DNA of 64,000 nt from Macrostomum lignano (lineage: Eukaryota). How positions within the stretch are numbered: the stretch's first letter is position 1; the number at the start of each line of letters is the position of its first letter. The stretch is from contig NIVC01003989.1 in assembly GCA_002269645.1 (NCBI GenBank), positions 2,146 through 66,145 of the forward strand. The letters are read 5' to 3'. The notes beneath the pieces were generated by a model, which worked only from the letters and a program-made list of their open reading frames with translations, did not search any database and was not told the origin of the DNA. This document shows, in pieces, positions 12,880 to 26,550 of the stretch. The position numbers and the translations under genes are program-made.

Positions 12880-15800
12880 TCCTTTATGATTGGCATGACG
12901 CTTCTTATTACGTTTGAAAATGTCTCTCCTGTGTTTGAAATGGTGACTATTTTACGTTTGAATTGGTGGCTTTTTAATGTTTGGCATGGTGACTCTTTAA
13001 TGTTCTACATGGTGGCTCTTTAATGTTTGACATCGTGCCAGTTTTATGTTTGTCATGGTGGCTCCTTAATGTTAGAAACGGTGGCTCTTTAATGTTTGAC
13101 ATGGAGTCACATATATGTTTCACATGGTGGCTCTTCTATGTCTAACTTGGTAGCTCTTTTATGTTTGACATCGTGGCTCGTTAATGTTCGACATGGTGGC
13201 TCTTTAATGTTCGACATAATGGCTCTTTAATGTTTGACATGGTGGCTCTTTAATGTTCAACATGGTGGCTCTTTATTGTTTGACATGGTGGCTTTTTAAT
13301 GTTTGACATGGTGTCTCTTTAATGCTCGACATTGTGGCTATTTAATGTTCTAAATTGTGGCTCTTTAATTTTCTACATTGTTGCTCTTTAATGTTTGACA
13401 TGGTGGCTCTTTAATGTTTTACATGGTGGTTCTTTAATGTTCTACATTGTGGCTCTTTAATGATCTACATTGTGGCTCTTAAATGTTCAACATGGTGGCT
13501 CTTTATTGTTTGACATAGTGGCTCTTTTATGCTTGAAATGGTGGCTCTTTAATGTTCGACATGGTGGCTCCTTTATGTTTAACATGGTGCTCTTAAATGT
13601 TCGACATCGTGGCTCTTTAATGTTTGACATGGTGGCTCTTTAGTGTTTAACATGGAGTCACGTATGTGTTTAACATGGAGTCACGTATGTGTTTGACATG
13701 GAGTCACGTATATATTTGGCATGGAGTCACGTATATGCTTTACATGGTGGCTCTTCTATGTTTGACATAGTGGCTCTTTATTGTTTGACATGGTGGCTCT
13801 TTAGTGTTTAACATGGAGTCACGTATGTGTTTGACATGGAGTCACGTATATATTTGGCATGGAGTCACGTATATGCTTTACATGGTGGCTCTTCTATGTT
13901 TGACATAGTGGCTCTTTAATGTTTGACATGGTGGCTCTTTAATGTTCGACATGGTGGCTCTTTTATGTTTGACATGATGGCTCTTTAATGTTCGACATGG
14001 TGGCTGTTTAATGTTTGTTATGTAGTCATATGTATATGTTTTACATGGTGGCTCTTTTGTGTGTGACATGGAGTCACGTATATATTTGACATGGAGTCAC
14101 ATATATGTTTAACATGGTGGCTCTTTAGTGTTCGATATGGTGGCTCTTTAATGTTTGACATGGTGGCTTGTAATGTTCGACATGGTGGCTCTTTAATGTT
14201 AGACAGTGAGTCACGTATATGTTTGACATGGTGGCTCTTTAATGTTTGACATGGTGGCTCTTTAGTGTTTAACATGGAGTCACGTATGTGTTTGACATGG
14301 AGTCACGTATATATTTGGCATGGAGTCACGTATATGCTTTACATGGTGGCTCTTCTATGTTTGACATAGTGGCTCTTTAATGTTTGACATGGTGGCTCTT
14401 TAATGTTTGACATGGTGGCTCTTTTATGTTTGACATGATGGCTCTTTAATGTTCGACATGGTGGCTGTTTAATGTTTGTTATGTAGTCATGTGTACATGT
14501 TTTACATGGTGGCTCTTTTGTGTGTGACATGGAGTCACGTATATATTTGACATGGAGTCACATATATGTTTGATATGGTGGCTCTTTAGTGTTCGATATG
14601 GTGGCTCTTTAATGTTTGACATGGTGGCTTTTAATTTTCGACATGGTGGCTCTTTAATGTTTGACATGGTGGCTCTTTAATGTTTGACATAGTGGCTCTT
14701 TAATATCTGACATGGTGGCTCTTTAATGTTTGACATGGTGGCTCGTTTATGTTCGACATGGTGGCTCTTTAGTGTTTGACATGGCTCTTTAATGTTTGAC
14801 ATGTTGGCTCTTTTATGCTTGACATGGTGGCTCTTTAATGTTCGACATGGTGGCTCTTTTATGTTTGACATGGTGGCTCTTTTATGCTTGACATGGTGGC
14901 TCTTTAATGTTTGACATAAAGTCACTTATATGTTTTGCATGGTGCCTCTTAAATATTAGACATGGTGGCTCGTTTAGGTTTGACATGTTGGCTCTTTTAT
15001 GTTCGACATGGTGGCTCTTTTTTGTTCTACATGGTAACTCTTTTATGTTTGATACGGTGGCTTTTTAATATCTGACATGGTGGCTCTTCTATGTTTGAAA
15101 TTTGGCTCTTCTATGTTTGACATGGTGGATCTTTAATGTACGACATAATGGCTCGTTTATGTTCGACATGGTGGCTCTTTAATGTTTGACATGGTAGCTC
15201 TGATATGTTCGACATGGTGGCTCTTTTAGGTTTGACATGGTGGCTCTTAAATGTTTCACATGATGGCTCTTAAATGTCTTACATGGTGGCTCTTTTATGT
15301 TTGACAATGTGGCTCTTTAATGTTTTACATGGCGGCTCTTTTATGTTCGAAATGGTGGCTCTTTAATGTTCGACATGGTGGCTCCTTTATGTTTAACATG
15401 GTGCTCTTAAATGTTCGACATCGTGGCTCTTTAATGTTTGACATGGTGGCTCTTTAGTGTTTAACATGGAGTCACGTATGTGTTTGACATGGAGTCACGT
15501 ATATATTTGGCATGGAGTCACGTATATGCTTTACATGGTGGCTCTTCTATGTTTGACATAGTGGCTCTTTAATGTTCGACATGGTGGCTCTTTAATGTTC
15601 GACATGCTGGCTCTTTAATGTTTGACATGGTGGCTCTTTAATGTTCAACATGGTGGCTCTTTATTGTTTGACATGGTGGCTTTTTAATGTTTGACATGGT
15701 GTCTCTTTAATGCTCGACATTGTGGCTATTTAATGTTCTACATTGTGGCTCTTTAATTTTCTACATTGTTGCTCTTTAATGTTTGACATGGTGGCTCTTT

Positions 15801-18800
15801 AATGTTTTACATGGTGGTTCTTTAATGTTCTACATTGTGGCTCTTTAATGTTCTACATTGTGGCTCTTAAATGTTCAACATGGTGGCTCTTTATTGTTTG
15901 ACATAGTGGCTCTTTTATGCTTGAAATGGTGGCTCTTTAATGTTCGACATTGTGGCTCCTTTATGTTTAACATGGTGCTCTTAAATGTTCGACATCGTGG
16001 CTCTTTAATGTTTGACATGGTGGCTCTTTAGTGTTTAACATGGAGTCACGTATGTGTTTAACATGGAGTCACGTATGTGTTTGACATGGAGTCACGTATA
16101 TATTTGGCATGGAGTCACGTATATGCTTTACATGGTGGCTCTTCTATGTTTGACATAGTGGCTCTTTAATGTTTGACATGGTGGCTCTTTAGTGTTTAAC
16201 ATGGAGTCACGTATGTGTTTGACATGGAGTCACGTATATATTTGGCATGGAGTCACGTATATGCTTTACATGGTGGCTCTTCTATGTTTGACATAGTGGC
16301 TCTTTAATGTTTGACATGGTGGCTCTTTAATGTTTGACATGGTGGCTCTTTTATGTTTGACATGATGGCTCTTTAATGTTCGACATGGTGGCTGTAAATT
16401 GTTTGTTATGTAGTCATATGTATATGTTTTACATGGTGGCTCTTTATGTGTGACATGGAGTCACGTATATATTTGACATGGAGTCACATATATGTTTAAC
16501 ATGGTGGCTCTTTAGTGTTCGATATGGTGGCTCTTTAATGTTTGACATGGTGGCTTTTAATGTTCGACATGGTGGCGCTTTAATGTTAGACAGTGAGTCA
16601 CGTATATGTTTGACATGGTGGCTCTTTAATGTTTGACATGGTGGCTCTTTAGTGTTTAACATGGAGTCACGTATGTGTTTGACATGGAGTCACGTATATA
16701 TTTGGCATGGAGTCACGTATATGCTTTACATGGTGGCTCTTCTATGTTTGACATAGTGGCTCTTTAATGTTTGACATGGTGGCTCTTTAATGTTTGACAT
16801 GGTGGCTCTTTTATGTTTGACATGATGGCTCTTTAATGTTCGACATGGTGGCTGTTTAATGTTTGTTATGTAGTTATATGTACATGTTTTACATGGTGGC
16901 TCTTTTGTGTGTGACATGGAGTCACGTATATATTTGACATGGAGTCACATATATGTTTGACATGGTGGCTCTTTAGTGTTCGATATGGTGGCTCTTTAAT
17001 GTTTGACATGGTGGCTTTTAATGTTCGACATGGTGGCTCTTTAATGTTTGACATGGTGGCTCTTTAATGTTTGACATAGTGGCTCTTTAATATCTGACAT
17101 GGTGGCTCTTTAATGTTTGACATGGTGGCTCGTTTATGTTTGACATGGTGGCTCTTTAGTGTTTGACATGGTGGCTCGTTTATGTTCGACATGGTGGCTC
17201 TTTAGTGTTTGACATGGCTCTTTAATGTTTGACATGTTGGCTCTTTTATGCTTGACATGGTGGCTCTTTAATGTTCGACATGGTGGCTCTTTTATGTTTG
17301 ACATGGTGGCTCTTTTATGCTTGACATGGTGGCTCTTTAATGTTTGACATAAAGTCACTTATATGTTTTGCATGGTGCCTCTTAAATATTAGACATGGTG
17401 GCTCGTTTAGGTTTGACATGTTGGCTCTTTTATGTTCGACATGGTGGCTCTTTTTTTTTCTACATGGTAACTCTTTTATGTTTGATACGGTGGCTTTTTA
17501 ATATCTGACATGGTGGCTCTTCTATGTTTGAAATTTGGCTCTTCTATGTTTGACATGGTGGATCTTTAATGTACGACATAATGGCTCGTTTATGTTCGAC
17601 ATGGTGGCTCTTTAATGTTTGACATGGTAGCTCTGATATGTTCGACATGGTGGCTCTTTTAGGTTTGACATGGTGGCTCTTAAATGTTTCACATGATGGC
17701 TCTTAAATGTCTTACATGGTGGCTCTTTTATGTTTGACAATGTGGCTCTTTAATGTTTTACATGGCGGCTCTTTTATGTTCGAAATGGTGGCTCTTTAAT
17801 GTTCGACATGGTGGCTCCTTTATGTTTAACATGGTGCTCTTAAATGTTCGACATCGTGGCTCTTTAATGTTTGACATGGTGGCTCTTTAGTGTTTAACAT
17901 GGAGTCACGTATGTGTTTGACATGGAGTCACGTATATATTTGGCATGGAGTCACGTATATGCTTTACATGGTGGCTCTTCTATGTTTGACATAGTGGCTC
18001 TTTAATGTTTGACATGGTGGCTCTTTAATGTTTGACATGGTGGCTCTTTTATGTTTGACATGATGGCTCTTTAATGTTCGACATGGTGGCTGTTTAATGT
18101 TTGTTATGTAGTCATATGTATATGTTTTACATGGTGGCTCTTTTGTGTGTGACATGGAGTCACGTATATATTTGACATGGAGTCACATATATGTTTGACA
18201 TGGTGGCTCTTTAGTGTTCGATATGGTGGCTCTTTAATGTTTGACATGGTGGCTTTTAATGTTCGACATGGTGGCTCTTTAATGTTAGACAGTGAGTCAC
18301 GTATATGTTTGACATGGTGGCTCTTTAATGTTTGACATGGTGGCTCTTTAATGTTTGACATGGTGGCTTTTAATGTTCGATATGGTGGCTCTTTAATGTT
18401 TGACATGGTGGCTTTTAATTTTCGACATGGTGGCTCTTTAATGTTTGACATGGTGGCTCTTTAATGTTTGACATAGTGGCTCTTTAATATCTGACATGGT
18501 GGCTCTTTAATGTTTGACATGGTGGCTCGTTTATGTTCGACATGGTGGCTCTTTAGTGTTTGACATGGCTCTTTAATGTTTGACATGTTGGCTCTTTTAT
18601 GCTTGACATGGTGGCTCTTTAATGTTCGACATGGTGGCTCTTTTATGTTTGACATGGTGGCTCTTTTATGCTTGACATGGTGGCTCTTTAATGTTTGACA
18701 TAAAGTCACTTATATGTTTTGCATGGTGCCTCTTAAATATTAGACATGGTGGCTCGTTTAGGTTTGACATGTTGGCTCTTTTATGTTCGACATGGTGGCT

Positions 18801-19500
18801 CTTTTTTGTTCTACATGGTAACTCTTTTATGTTTGATACGGTGGCTTTTTAATATCTGACATGGTGGCTCTTCTATGTTTGAAATTTGGCTCTTCTATGT
18901 TTGACATGGTGGATCTTTAATGTACGACATAATGGCTCGTTTATGTTCGACATGGTGGCTCTTTAATGTTTGACATGGTAGCTCTGATATGTTCGACATG
19001 GTGGCTCTTTTAGGTTTGACATGGTGGCTCTTAAATGTTTCACATGATGGCTCTTAAATGTCTTACATGGTGGCTCTTTTATGTTTGACAATGTGGCTCT
19101 TTAATGTTTTACATGGCGGCTCTTTTATGTTCGAAATGGTGGCTCTTTAATGTTCGACATGGTGGCTCCTTTATGTTTAACATGGTGCTCTTAAATGTTC
19201 GACATCGTGGCTCTTTAATGTTTAACATGGAGTCACGTATGTGTTTAACATGGAGTCACGTATGTGTTTGACATGGAGTCACGTATATATTTGGCATGGA
19301 GTCACGTATATGCTTTACATGGTGGCTCTTCTATGTTTGACATAGTGGCTCTTTAATGTTTGACATGGTGGCTCTTTAATTTTCGAAATGGTGGCTGTTT
19401 TATGTTTGACAAGGTGGCTCTTTTATGTTCGACATGGTGGTTCTTTAATGTTCGACATGGTGGCTCCTTTAGGTTTGACATGGTGGCTCTTCTATTGCGC
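12880..19500. repeat. ~6.6 kb satellite array, 23-bp monomer (GACATGGTGGCTCTTTAATGTTT, variant GACATGGAGTCACGTATATATTT), with higher-order duplications
   Basis: Monomer spacing is 23 nt. A diagnostic variant GCATGGTGCCTCTTAAATATTAG recurs at 14937, 17370 and 18721. Confidence 0.95.
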
Positions 19501-22500
19501 TTTTTTTATGTTTAGCAGTTTTTTTGATTTTAAGGTGTTTTAATAAAAAAATTATTTTGCGCTTCTAAGATTCGAACCCAGGTCGCTACATTAGCATTCC
19601 AGTCTGTTCGCATCAGGGCTATCTCTTTTCAATTGGAGAACATGAATTGTGGCCCTTATAATTCAATTCTTACAGCAAGTCAATTGGAGTAAAAAGTTAT
19701 GACATAATCAATTTCTCAGTCAGCCAGTATCAGTCTCACTTCAAGTTAGCAATATGGTTACGCAATTTAAATCATGTCGTATGTGCATTTCTTCGGCACT
19801 GTTTTCAACTTGTTGTGATGCAATCTTTATCACAATCGGAATTCAGTCTGTCAGTTTTTTCTCTAGCATTCTTACATTGCATTTCAAGTCGAAAATTTGG
19901 CTTGACCTTTGCAAAAAAGCGTGTTTTTTCGAATATTTAATCCCTTTAACATTGAGCAATTTCTTAGTCAAGATGCATGTACTGTGCCAGGAAATTTTCT
20001 GATCGAATGGTGCAAGTTTGAAGAAAATCGGTTGAGCCATTTTTTCTGAAATCAATCGCATACCCATATACATACATACATACAGACAACTCATTTTTAG
20101 TATATAGACTAGCTAAAGTTTTGCCCCCCTTCGGGGAGCAGAAATAATTAATATTCGTCTAATATAATATACCTTTTAGCAGGAGTACTTTAAGTGTCTT
20201 TCTTAAGCTTAAGCTTAAAATAGGAATTTTTGGAGATCGTTAATAACGCATTTTAGGTAAAACAAAACTATCAACTTTTTACAGTTTTTTAGTTTAGAGC
20301 CCTGTATATGTCAACGTGTTTGATAAAAATTATTTTATTTATTTAGTTTATAAAACTGTTGAGATCACTTTTTTAGTTGTTACTGAAAATAAATTAAATA
20401 ATATTCCAAGAAATTGCGACTTTCCGAGAAATGACTTGCTTTATTCCGATTTTCTTGTTGCTTGTATTGCTCATGTGTACTACAGTTTTATACACATCCC
20501 GAGAAATTTTTTACTTTCTTCATTTGTAAGTGAATTTCTTAGCCCTGCTCATCGTACTAACTGCGACTGCAATGTTCCGAACAATAAGTAGCTCAGCATT
20601 GCAACTATTGCCCTTGAATGAGGCCCCTCTTATTATAATAAATGACTTAAAGAGTCAGTTCAATGCAGCTATCTCATTGTGAATGGACTTTGCAAAAGCA
20701 ACTGGAGCTACATCCTTCGACCTTTGGTTTGACACTTTTAATAAAGCTAACATTGGCTATATATAGGCATGATATATGATATATATTATCATGCTAAATT
20801 CCCCCTTTCTTTTCTAGTCACACTCCTCAGCAGACTTCTCTTTTCTTATATGCCTCATTCACATTGTCAAATCTTATTTTGAATCAAATCCTATATGACA
20901 TAAAAGTCTATTTCAAATTAGATCCATTTTGATAGTTCAAAATGGTTAGCTCATATCAATGGCTAATTAAATATCAATGGATCAATTTCTAATCTCCTTT
21001 CTTTTTCTTAATGATTCCAGTTCTGATCAGATCCTATTTCTCATCTGACCTCTTTTCTTAGTAATCCATTTTGTATCATTCTTCATTTTAAATGCATGCC
21101 TGACAATTTATCTTTTAAAATAGAATAAGGCAGGTACCAGGTGTGCAGATTCATGAATCATGGGACTGGTCTTTGTCCACTGAAACATTTTTTGTATTTC
21201 TTCAATTGCAAAACACATTGAAAACAACAAAACAACAACAATTGAGTGAGCATCTGGCAAAATTATTATTATACAAATACATATCATTATGACATTATAA
21301 GAAAACAAACTCCAAATGTAGAGAATTCAGCGATTTTCCTCTTTCGTTTGTTAAATTATTTTTTCGACAGAAACAAGTTGTGACTACTGAGTAATGTCAG
21401 AAAACGACAGTAATGGGACAGTAATGGGATTCAGTTCAATGAAAAAAGAAAAAATTGCATTGCACCTAAAAATATTACCCACAAACAGTAAACATGATGC
21501 ACTTGCAGAAGGCTCCGCCAACAAGACAGTATCATTGCACAGTTCATTGCATTTGACTGCAAGAATAATGGTGTCAATCCTACTGCTTGTTGGCTTGCTT
21601 TACTCTGCACTGCTGGTCAGAGGCATTCACTGGGGCAAGTTAAGTTCACGCACTCAACGTCACACAAAAAGCTTAGCTATCACAAGTCTCTAGGTTTGCT
21701 GAAGCTGCTTCAAACCTCTCTCTCATGGCTGCATACCCTCAGTTTTAGAGTGGAAGAACCTCTGAATCGTGAAAAAGCAGCGAACACGTTATTTCAACCA
21801 CAATCTCAAGGCCCATTGATATGCAGCCAACCTGCTATATATTCACCTAATATTTACCTACATTAATTTCACTATTACTTATTAACTTTCATGGCACAAC
21901 TAAATTGGGATCCGATTGTATCCGATCCTATTCTGGTTTGCCTTGATCCCAATCTAGTTATGCAATGATCTCAATCTAGTTATGAAAGGATCTCAATTTA
22001 GTTATGCAATAATCCCATTTTAGTTACGCCAAATGATCCCAATTACGCTAAGCAATGATCTTAGTTCTGTTATGCAATGAACCCAATTAGGCTAAGCAAT
22101 GATCTCACTTCTGTTATGCCACAAACACAATTTAGCTAAGCAATGATCTCACTTCTGTTATGCCACAAACACAATTTAGCTATTGGGTTGGGAACCCAAT
22201 TGGCTATTGGGAACCCAATCCGATCCTATTCTGGTTTGCCTTGATCCCAACTCGTAGCAGAAAATTTTCATTACCTTACGGACGCCCCTCTTACTAATCA
22301 TAATTCTGGTAAACTATGAATCCAATTTTCCATTCTTCAATGATCCCATTCGTATCATGCCATGAGCCCAATTTCATTATGCGATAATTCCAATTCTGGT
22401 TTGCTATGATCCCAATTTAGTATGCAAGGATCCCAACTTAGTTATGCCAAATGATCCCAATTACGCTAAGCAATGATCTTAGTTCTGTTATGCAATGAAC

Positions 22501-22722
22501 CCAATTAGGCTAAGCAATGATCTCACTTCTGTTATGCCACAAACACAATTTAGCTAAGCAATGATCTCACTTCTGTTATGCCACAAACACAATTTAGCTA
22601 AGCAATGATTTAGGATTGATATATAAGATTCTGTGAATTTACCCAATTGGAATAAATGTTGAAAACCCGCGGACGCGCGCTTTAGAATAGAGTCAAATTA
22701 TTTTCCCGCGCTTTAGGATTAT

Positions 22723-23028
22723 TAGAGATGTCCCAAAAGAGCAGTTTCCTCAAAATAAAAATTCGTTAACTTTCCAAACTCAAAATTGAAATTTTCCGAA
22801 ATCAAAATGCAGAAAAACAAAGTTTAGTATGACCAATACTCACTTTTTACATTCGATTTACTGTTTATGCAAAATGAAATACATGTATATGTAGCAGAAA
22901 TTGGTATATATTTAGTGATTTTTTAGACGCTTCCAAATTTTGACTTCTAATTTTATTCAAAATTGAAATTTGCTCTTAAAAAAATTCTAATTTTGGAAAA
23001 TTCAAATTGAAATTTCGGAACATCTCTA
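22723..23028. mobile_element. Putative MITE (TAGAGATG termini, hAT-like)
   Basis: Inverted termini TAGAGATGTCCC / GGAACATCTCTA. Flanking 8-mers AGGATTAT and AGCTTTAT match 6/8. The segment is absent from the duplicated block at 27.5 kb. Confidence 0.45.
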
Positions 23029-23234
23029 AGCTTTATAAATTATAAGTGTATAGGCCCCTTCCACAGAGGTATTAGATGACCCATTTCCATGCATATTTAT
23101 TTGCTAGAACAGCAGCCAGCAAGAAAAGGCAGCGCACGCAGGCGCTGCGCGCCTGTGCGCACGCCGCGCTTTAGAACAATTTCAAAAGTGCGCCGGACGC
23201 CGTCCACGGATTTACAACTTTTTCCTATAGGGTG

Positions 23235-23605
23235 AATTTAGGATTGGGATCTAAGAGATTCTATGAATTTAGGATTGGGATCTAAGAGATTCTATGAATT
23301 TAGGATTGGGATTTAAGAGATTCTATGAATTTAGGATTGGAATCTAATAGATTCTGTGAATTTAGCATTGGGATCTAAGAGATTCTGTGAATTTAGGATT
23401 GGGATCTAAGAGATTCTAAGAATTTAGCATTGGGATCTAAGAGATTCTATGAATTTAGGATTGGGATCTAAGAGATTCTGTGAATTTAGGATTGGGATCT
23501 AAGAGATCCATGAATTTAGGATTGGGATCTAAGAGATTCTATGAATTTAGGATTGGGATCTAAGAGATTCTGTGAATTTAGGATTGGGATCTAAGAGATT
23601 CTGTG
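23235..23605. repeat. 31-bp minisatellite (GAATTTAGGATTGGGATCTAAGAGATTCTAT), ~12 units
   Basis: Direct tandem repeat. Confidence 0.92.
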
Positions 23606-23999
23606 AACCCAATGAACAAGCAATGAACCCAATTTAGCTAAGCAATGCTCTCAGTTCTGTAATGCCATAAACCCAATTTAACTAAGCAATGATCTCAGTT
23701 CTGTTATGCAATGAACCCAATTTCGCTAAGCAATGATCTCAGTTCTGTTATGCAATGAACACAATTTAGCTAATCATTTTGCTTAGCTAATCACTGATCC
23801 CAATTCCATTATGATCCCATCTAATTTTAATTTATTAGGTGAATAAAGCAGGATTTACCTGATACGTCTCATCGGGCCGTATTATACATATCAGGTTAAA
23901 CTACTTGTGATGGCTATCGAACTCAGATGCGCTACTGGCAGACAAAAATGCACTCAAGCATTACTCACGTTAATTGCATCTTTATTAGTCTTTCAAGTC

Positions 24000-25408
24000 C
24001 TACTCGTCCATGAAATAATGTGATGGCCCAGGCTTCTCGGACACATTGGGAGCCTTAGGGGTTGACATAGCGGGGATCTGCTGACTTCTGTTGATATGAT
24101 CTCGGGAAAATGTCACCTGTGAAATGAAATTTATATATGAATTTAATCAATTTTTTATATTCATATTACTCTTGAATGAATGAATAAACCTAATCTTTAG
24201 AGATAAGAGGCCTCATTGAACAAGTTAATAATGAATCTAAGCAGTCAATCACTTATTGCTTCTTTAGTACGTTCTCTGACACCATATTTCTATTTAACCC
24301 ACACGTAATACTCGTAAAATCAACTTACCTCTTTGTCCCCAAATCGCACTTTAATTCTTCGCACCTCATCGAATTGGTCGAACATTCGCTCTGGGTACTG
24401 TAATACCATTTCGTCGTCACGGTTAGCATATTTCTCCCGCTGGGAGCTTTGCGTCACCCGTAGCTCCTCGAAGCACTGTTGGCTAGAAAGCGCATCCTTG
24501 TACCACTGGGTAATGTCGGAGACATCAGCAGAGTCTTCTGGCCAATGCTGAATTTCCGCTTTCGAACATCCGAGACTGATTGTCTGGGAATATTCCTGGA
24601 CTTGAGCACCATGAATCGCTAGAACGTCGCCCACAGACCAGTCATTCACTTGGGCAGTAGAGCTGGCCCAAAATGTGCACGACACGGAGGACCCAGACTG
24701 ATCAACAAGCGTCACTTTCGCCAGGTTGATAAGTTTTCCGGAACCGGTTTTAACTTCCGTTGGTTTCTGGACAGCAGAAATCGTGCCATAGACGTTAACA
24801 TTCCTGAGATATGTGAGGCAAAGGGTGAACTTACAAGAATGCATTAACTCATTCACTAAGCAACTTCACTGACTGATTTAAATAAGTTTCCCTAGAAATA
24901 ATTGGCTAACCTAACATTTAGTGGGAATATATATTCCAAATCCTTTCCATTTTATTTTTAACAATTGCAACAAGTTAACTTACATTTTCATTTCACAGTC
25001 CGAAATCTCTTTTATCTTCTTATAGCTTGGTGCACGTCGAGTGACGGTCTCGAGGGTCCTCACAATGGTTCCACGTTGGTCAATTGAAACTGTTAGCTCG
25101 TGCTCATTGTCCGTAGTGCTGTATTTGGGATCCGCCTTCTTCACCCAGCCGCCGGATATGCGGACGGCGACGCCCTCACGACACACCTCCAGGAAAGGCT
25201 TAAGATCCTTTCCGAACACGCTTACACGTATATCGCCGGTGTCGTCACAGAGGATAAAGGAAAACACTTGGCCTGGTCCTCTTTTGCCTTCAAAGTCCGT
25301 GATTTTGGACAGCCTCATTACGAGGCCAACGATTGCAGCGTGCATCAGGCCCGGAAGCAGAGCAGAGATACACGCTTTGCTTTTCTTGGCTCCTTCGGTT
25401 GACTCCAT
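24000..25408 (-). CDS. RPA70-like ssDNA-binding protein, two OB folds, intact (338 aa; exons 25408-24984, 24803-24329, 24116-24000)
   Basis: GQVFSFILCDDTGDIRVSVFG, KKADPKYSTTDNEHEL, VDQSGSSVSCTFW, LAIHGAQVQEY. Exons total 1017 nt in frame with canonical GT-AG sites, and intron positions match copy 1. Confidence 0.9.
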
Positions 25409-25599
25409 ATTGCTCGATTGATAGTTGCCAAAAATATGGATTATAAAAATTTCACTGATAAGGTCTTTACGGTTTGTGGTTTGATAGTTTTAGCATCAAG
25501 GCCAATTGTGCCAGTTTATATTGCAGCATTTCGTTTCGGACAACCCTAACTGTGATGACTCATGCCAATAGAGGGTGCCATGTAAAGATCAATTTAGAT

Positions 25600-25990
25600 C
25601 TGGCTAACCAATCAGAGAGAGTTTTGTTCTAATCCACCCACTGGGCTACTTGTTGTGGATTGGCTGGTGATTGCCTTAGCTTTTACGTTCTTTCTTTATG
25701 TACACTGTGTGGGGTGTCAGAGTCGAGTGTGGTGCGACTTGTTATGCAATCTGTTTTCGACACACTTCAATAATAGGACACAAAAAATATCTTAAATGTA
25801 CACTGTAATTGGGAAGCCAGTGCGGCGTGTGGCTAACGTGGCTAAAAATAGAGGGTTTCAAGTCAGCCAATAGCAGTAAACTTTGTATTCAACTAAAGTG
25901 ATTTCATTAAACTGCCAGTGCAAGCCCCAACCTAGTGCGACTTTTCAGTAATCACAAACAGCTAAAGCCTCATGACGCTCACCAATGAAG
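25600..25990. promoter_or_regulatory. Putative bidirectional CCAAT-box promoter between RPA-like 2 and knuckle gene 2
   Basis: CCAAT/ATTGG at about 25608, 25659, 25866 and 25982, between divergent genes. Confidence 0.45.
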
Positions 25991-26225
25991 CCTCACACGA
26001 TTTTAACTGGGGTTGGGGGTGGCCCTAAGCTGGTATTCATTTTTGCCTAAGCTGAAACGGGCTTTAAAAAAATGAAATGAGTTTCATTTCCTTAGCAAGG
26101 TTTTCAAACCAATCTCGCTAATCCTTGCTTGACATGAGTGAGCGTATATAAACCAGAGTGAGCGTACGACACGCTCGTATAATTTCCACTGTATAGTTCC
26201 ACTGTTTAACTCCACTGTTCCACAA

Positions 26226-26467
26226 ATGAAGTTTACCCAGAACTTCTTTTCCGGCGGCGGCAGGCGGCGAGGAGGCCGCGGTGGTGGACACCCTAGAAAA
26301 CCTAGTAAGTCTCATTTCTAAGTCTCATTACTGTAATTAAGTCTTTCGAAACCACCTGTTGAGTAAAATTGCACTTTCCAAACTTAACAGTGGCCTGTTA
26401 TCTCTGCGGTGGAGGTCACCCTGTGGCCCGGTGTCCGGACCTGGCCGACATGCGGCTGCAGCAGCAG

Positions 26468-26511
<44 letters not shown>

Positions 26512-26515
26512 GCAA

Positions 26516-26550
<35 letters not shown>

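Larger units (their letters stand above)
12456..20108 (-). mobile_element. Helitron B, non-autonomous and satellite-filled (7.65 kb)
   Basis: 5' TCTATATACTAAAAATGAG at 20108. 3' hairpin (12468-12484) plus CTAG at 12459-12456. No coding capacity. Confidence 0.85.
21512..23965. repeat. Copy 1 of an internal direct repeat block of Helitron A (3' of RPA-like 2)
   Basis: 21512-21953 appears identical to 26956-27397. It is followed by 44-bp and 31-bp repeat arrays and a ~200-bp diverged segment matching 28740-28960. Confidence 0.85.

Noticed and set aside
12880-19500. CRISPR-like array or repetitive protein genes (MSNIKEPPC... ORFs)
   Set aside because: Contiguous 23-bp monomers without unique spacers, in a eukaryotic context with no cas genes. 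The ORFs are chance open frames of three monomers.
21394-21693. ORFs in the duplicated block (also 26954-27310)
   Set aside because: Different frames are open in the two copies of identical DNA, and there are no recognisable motifs.
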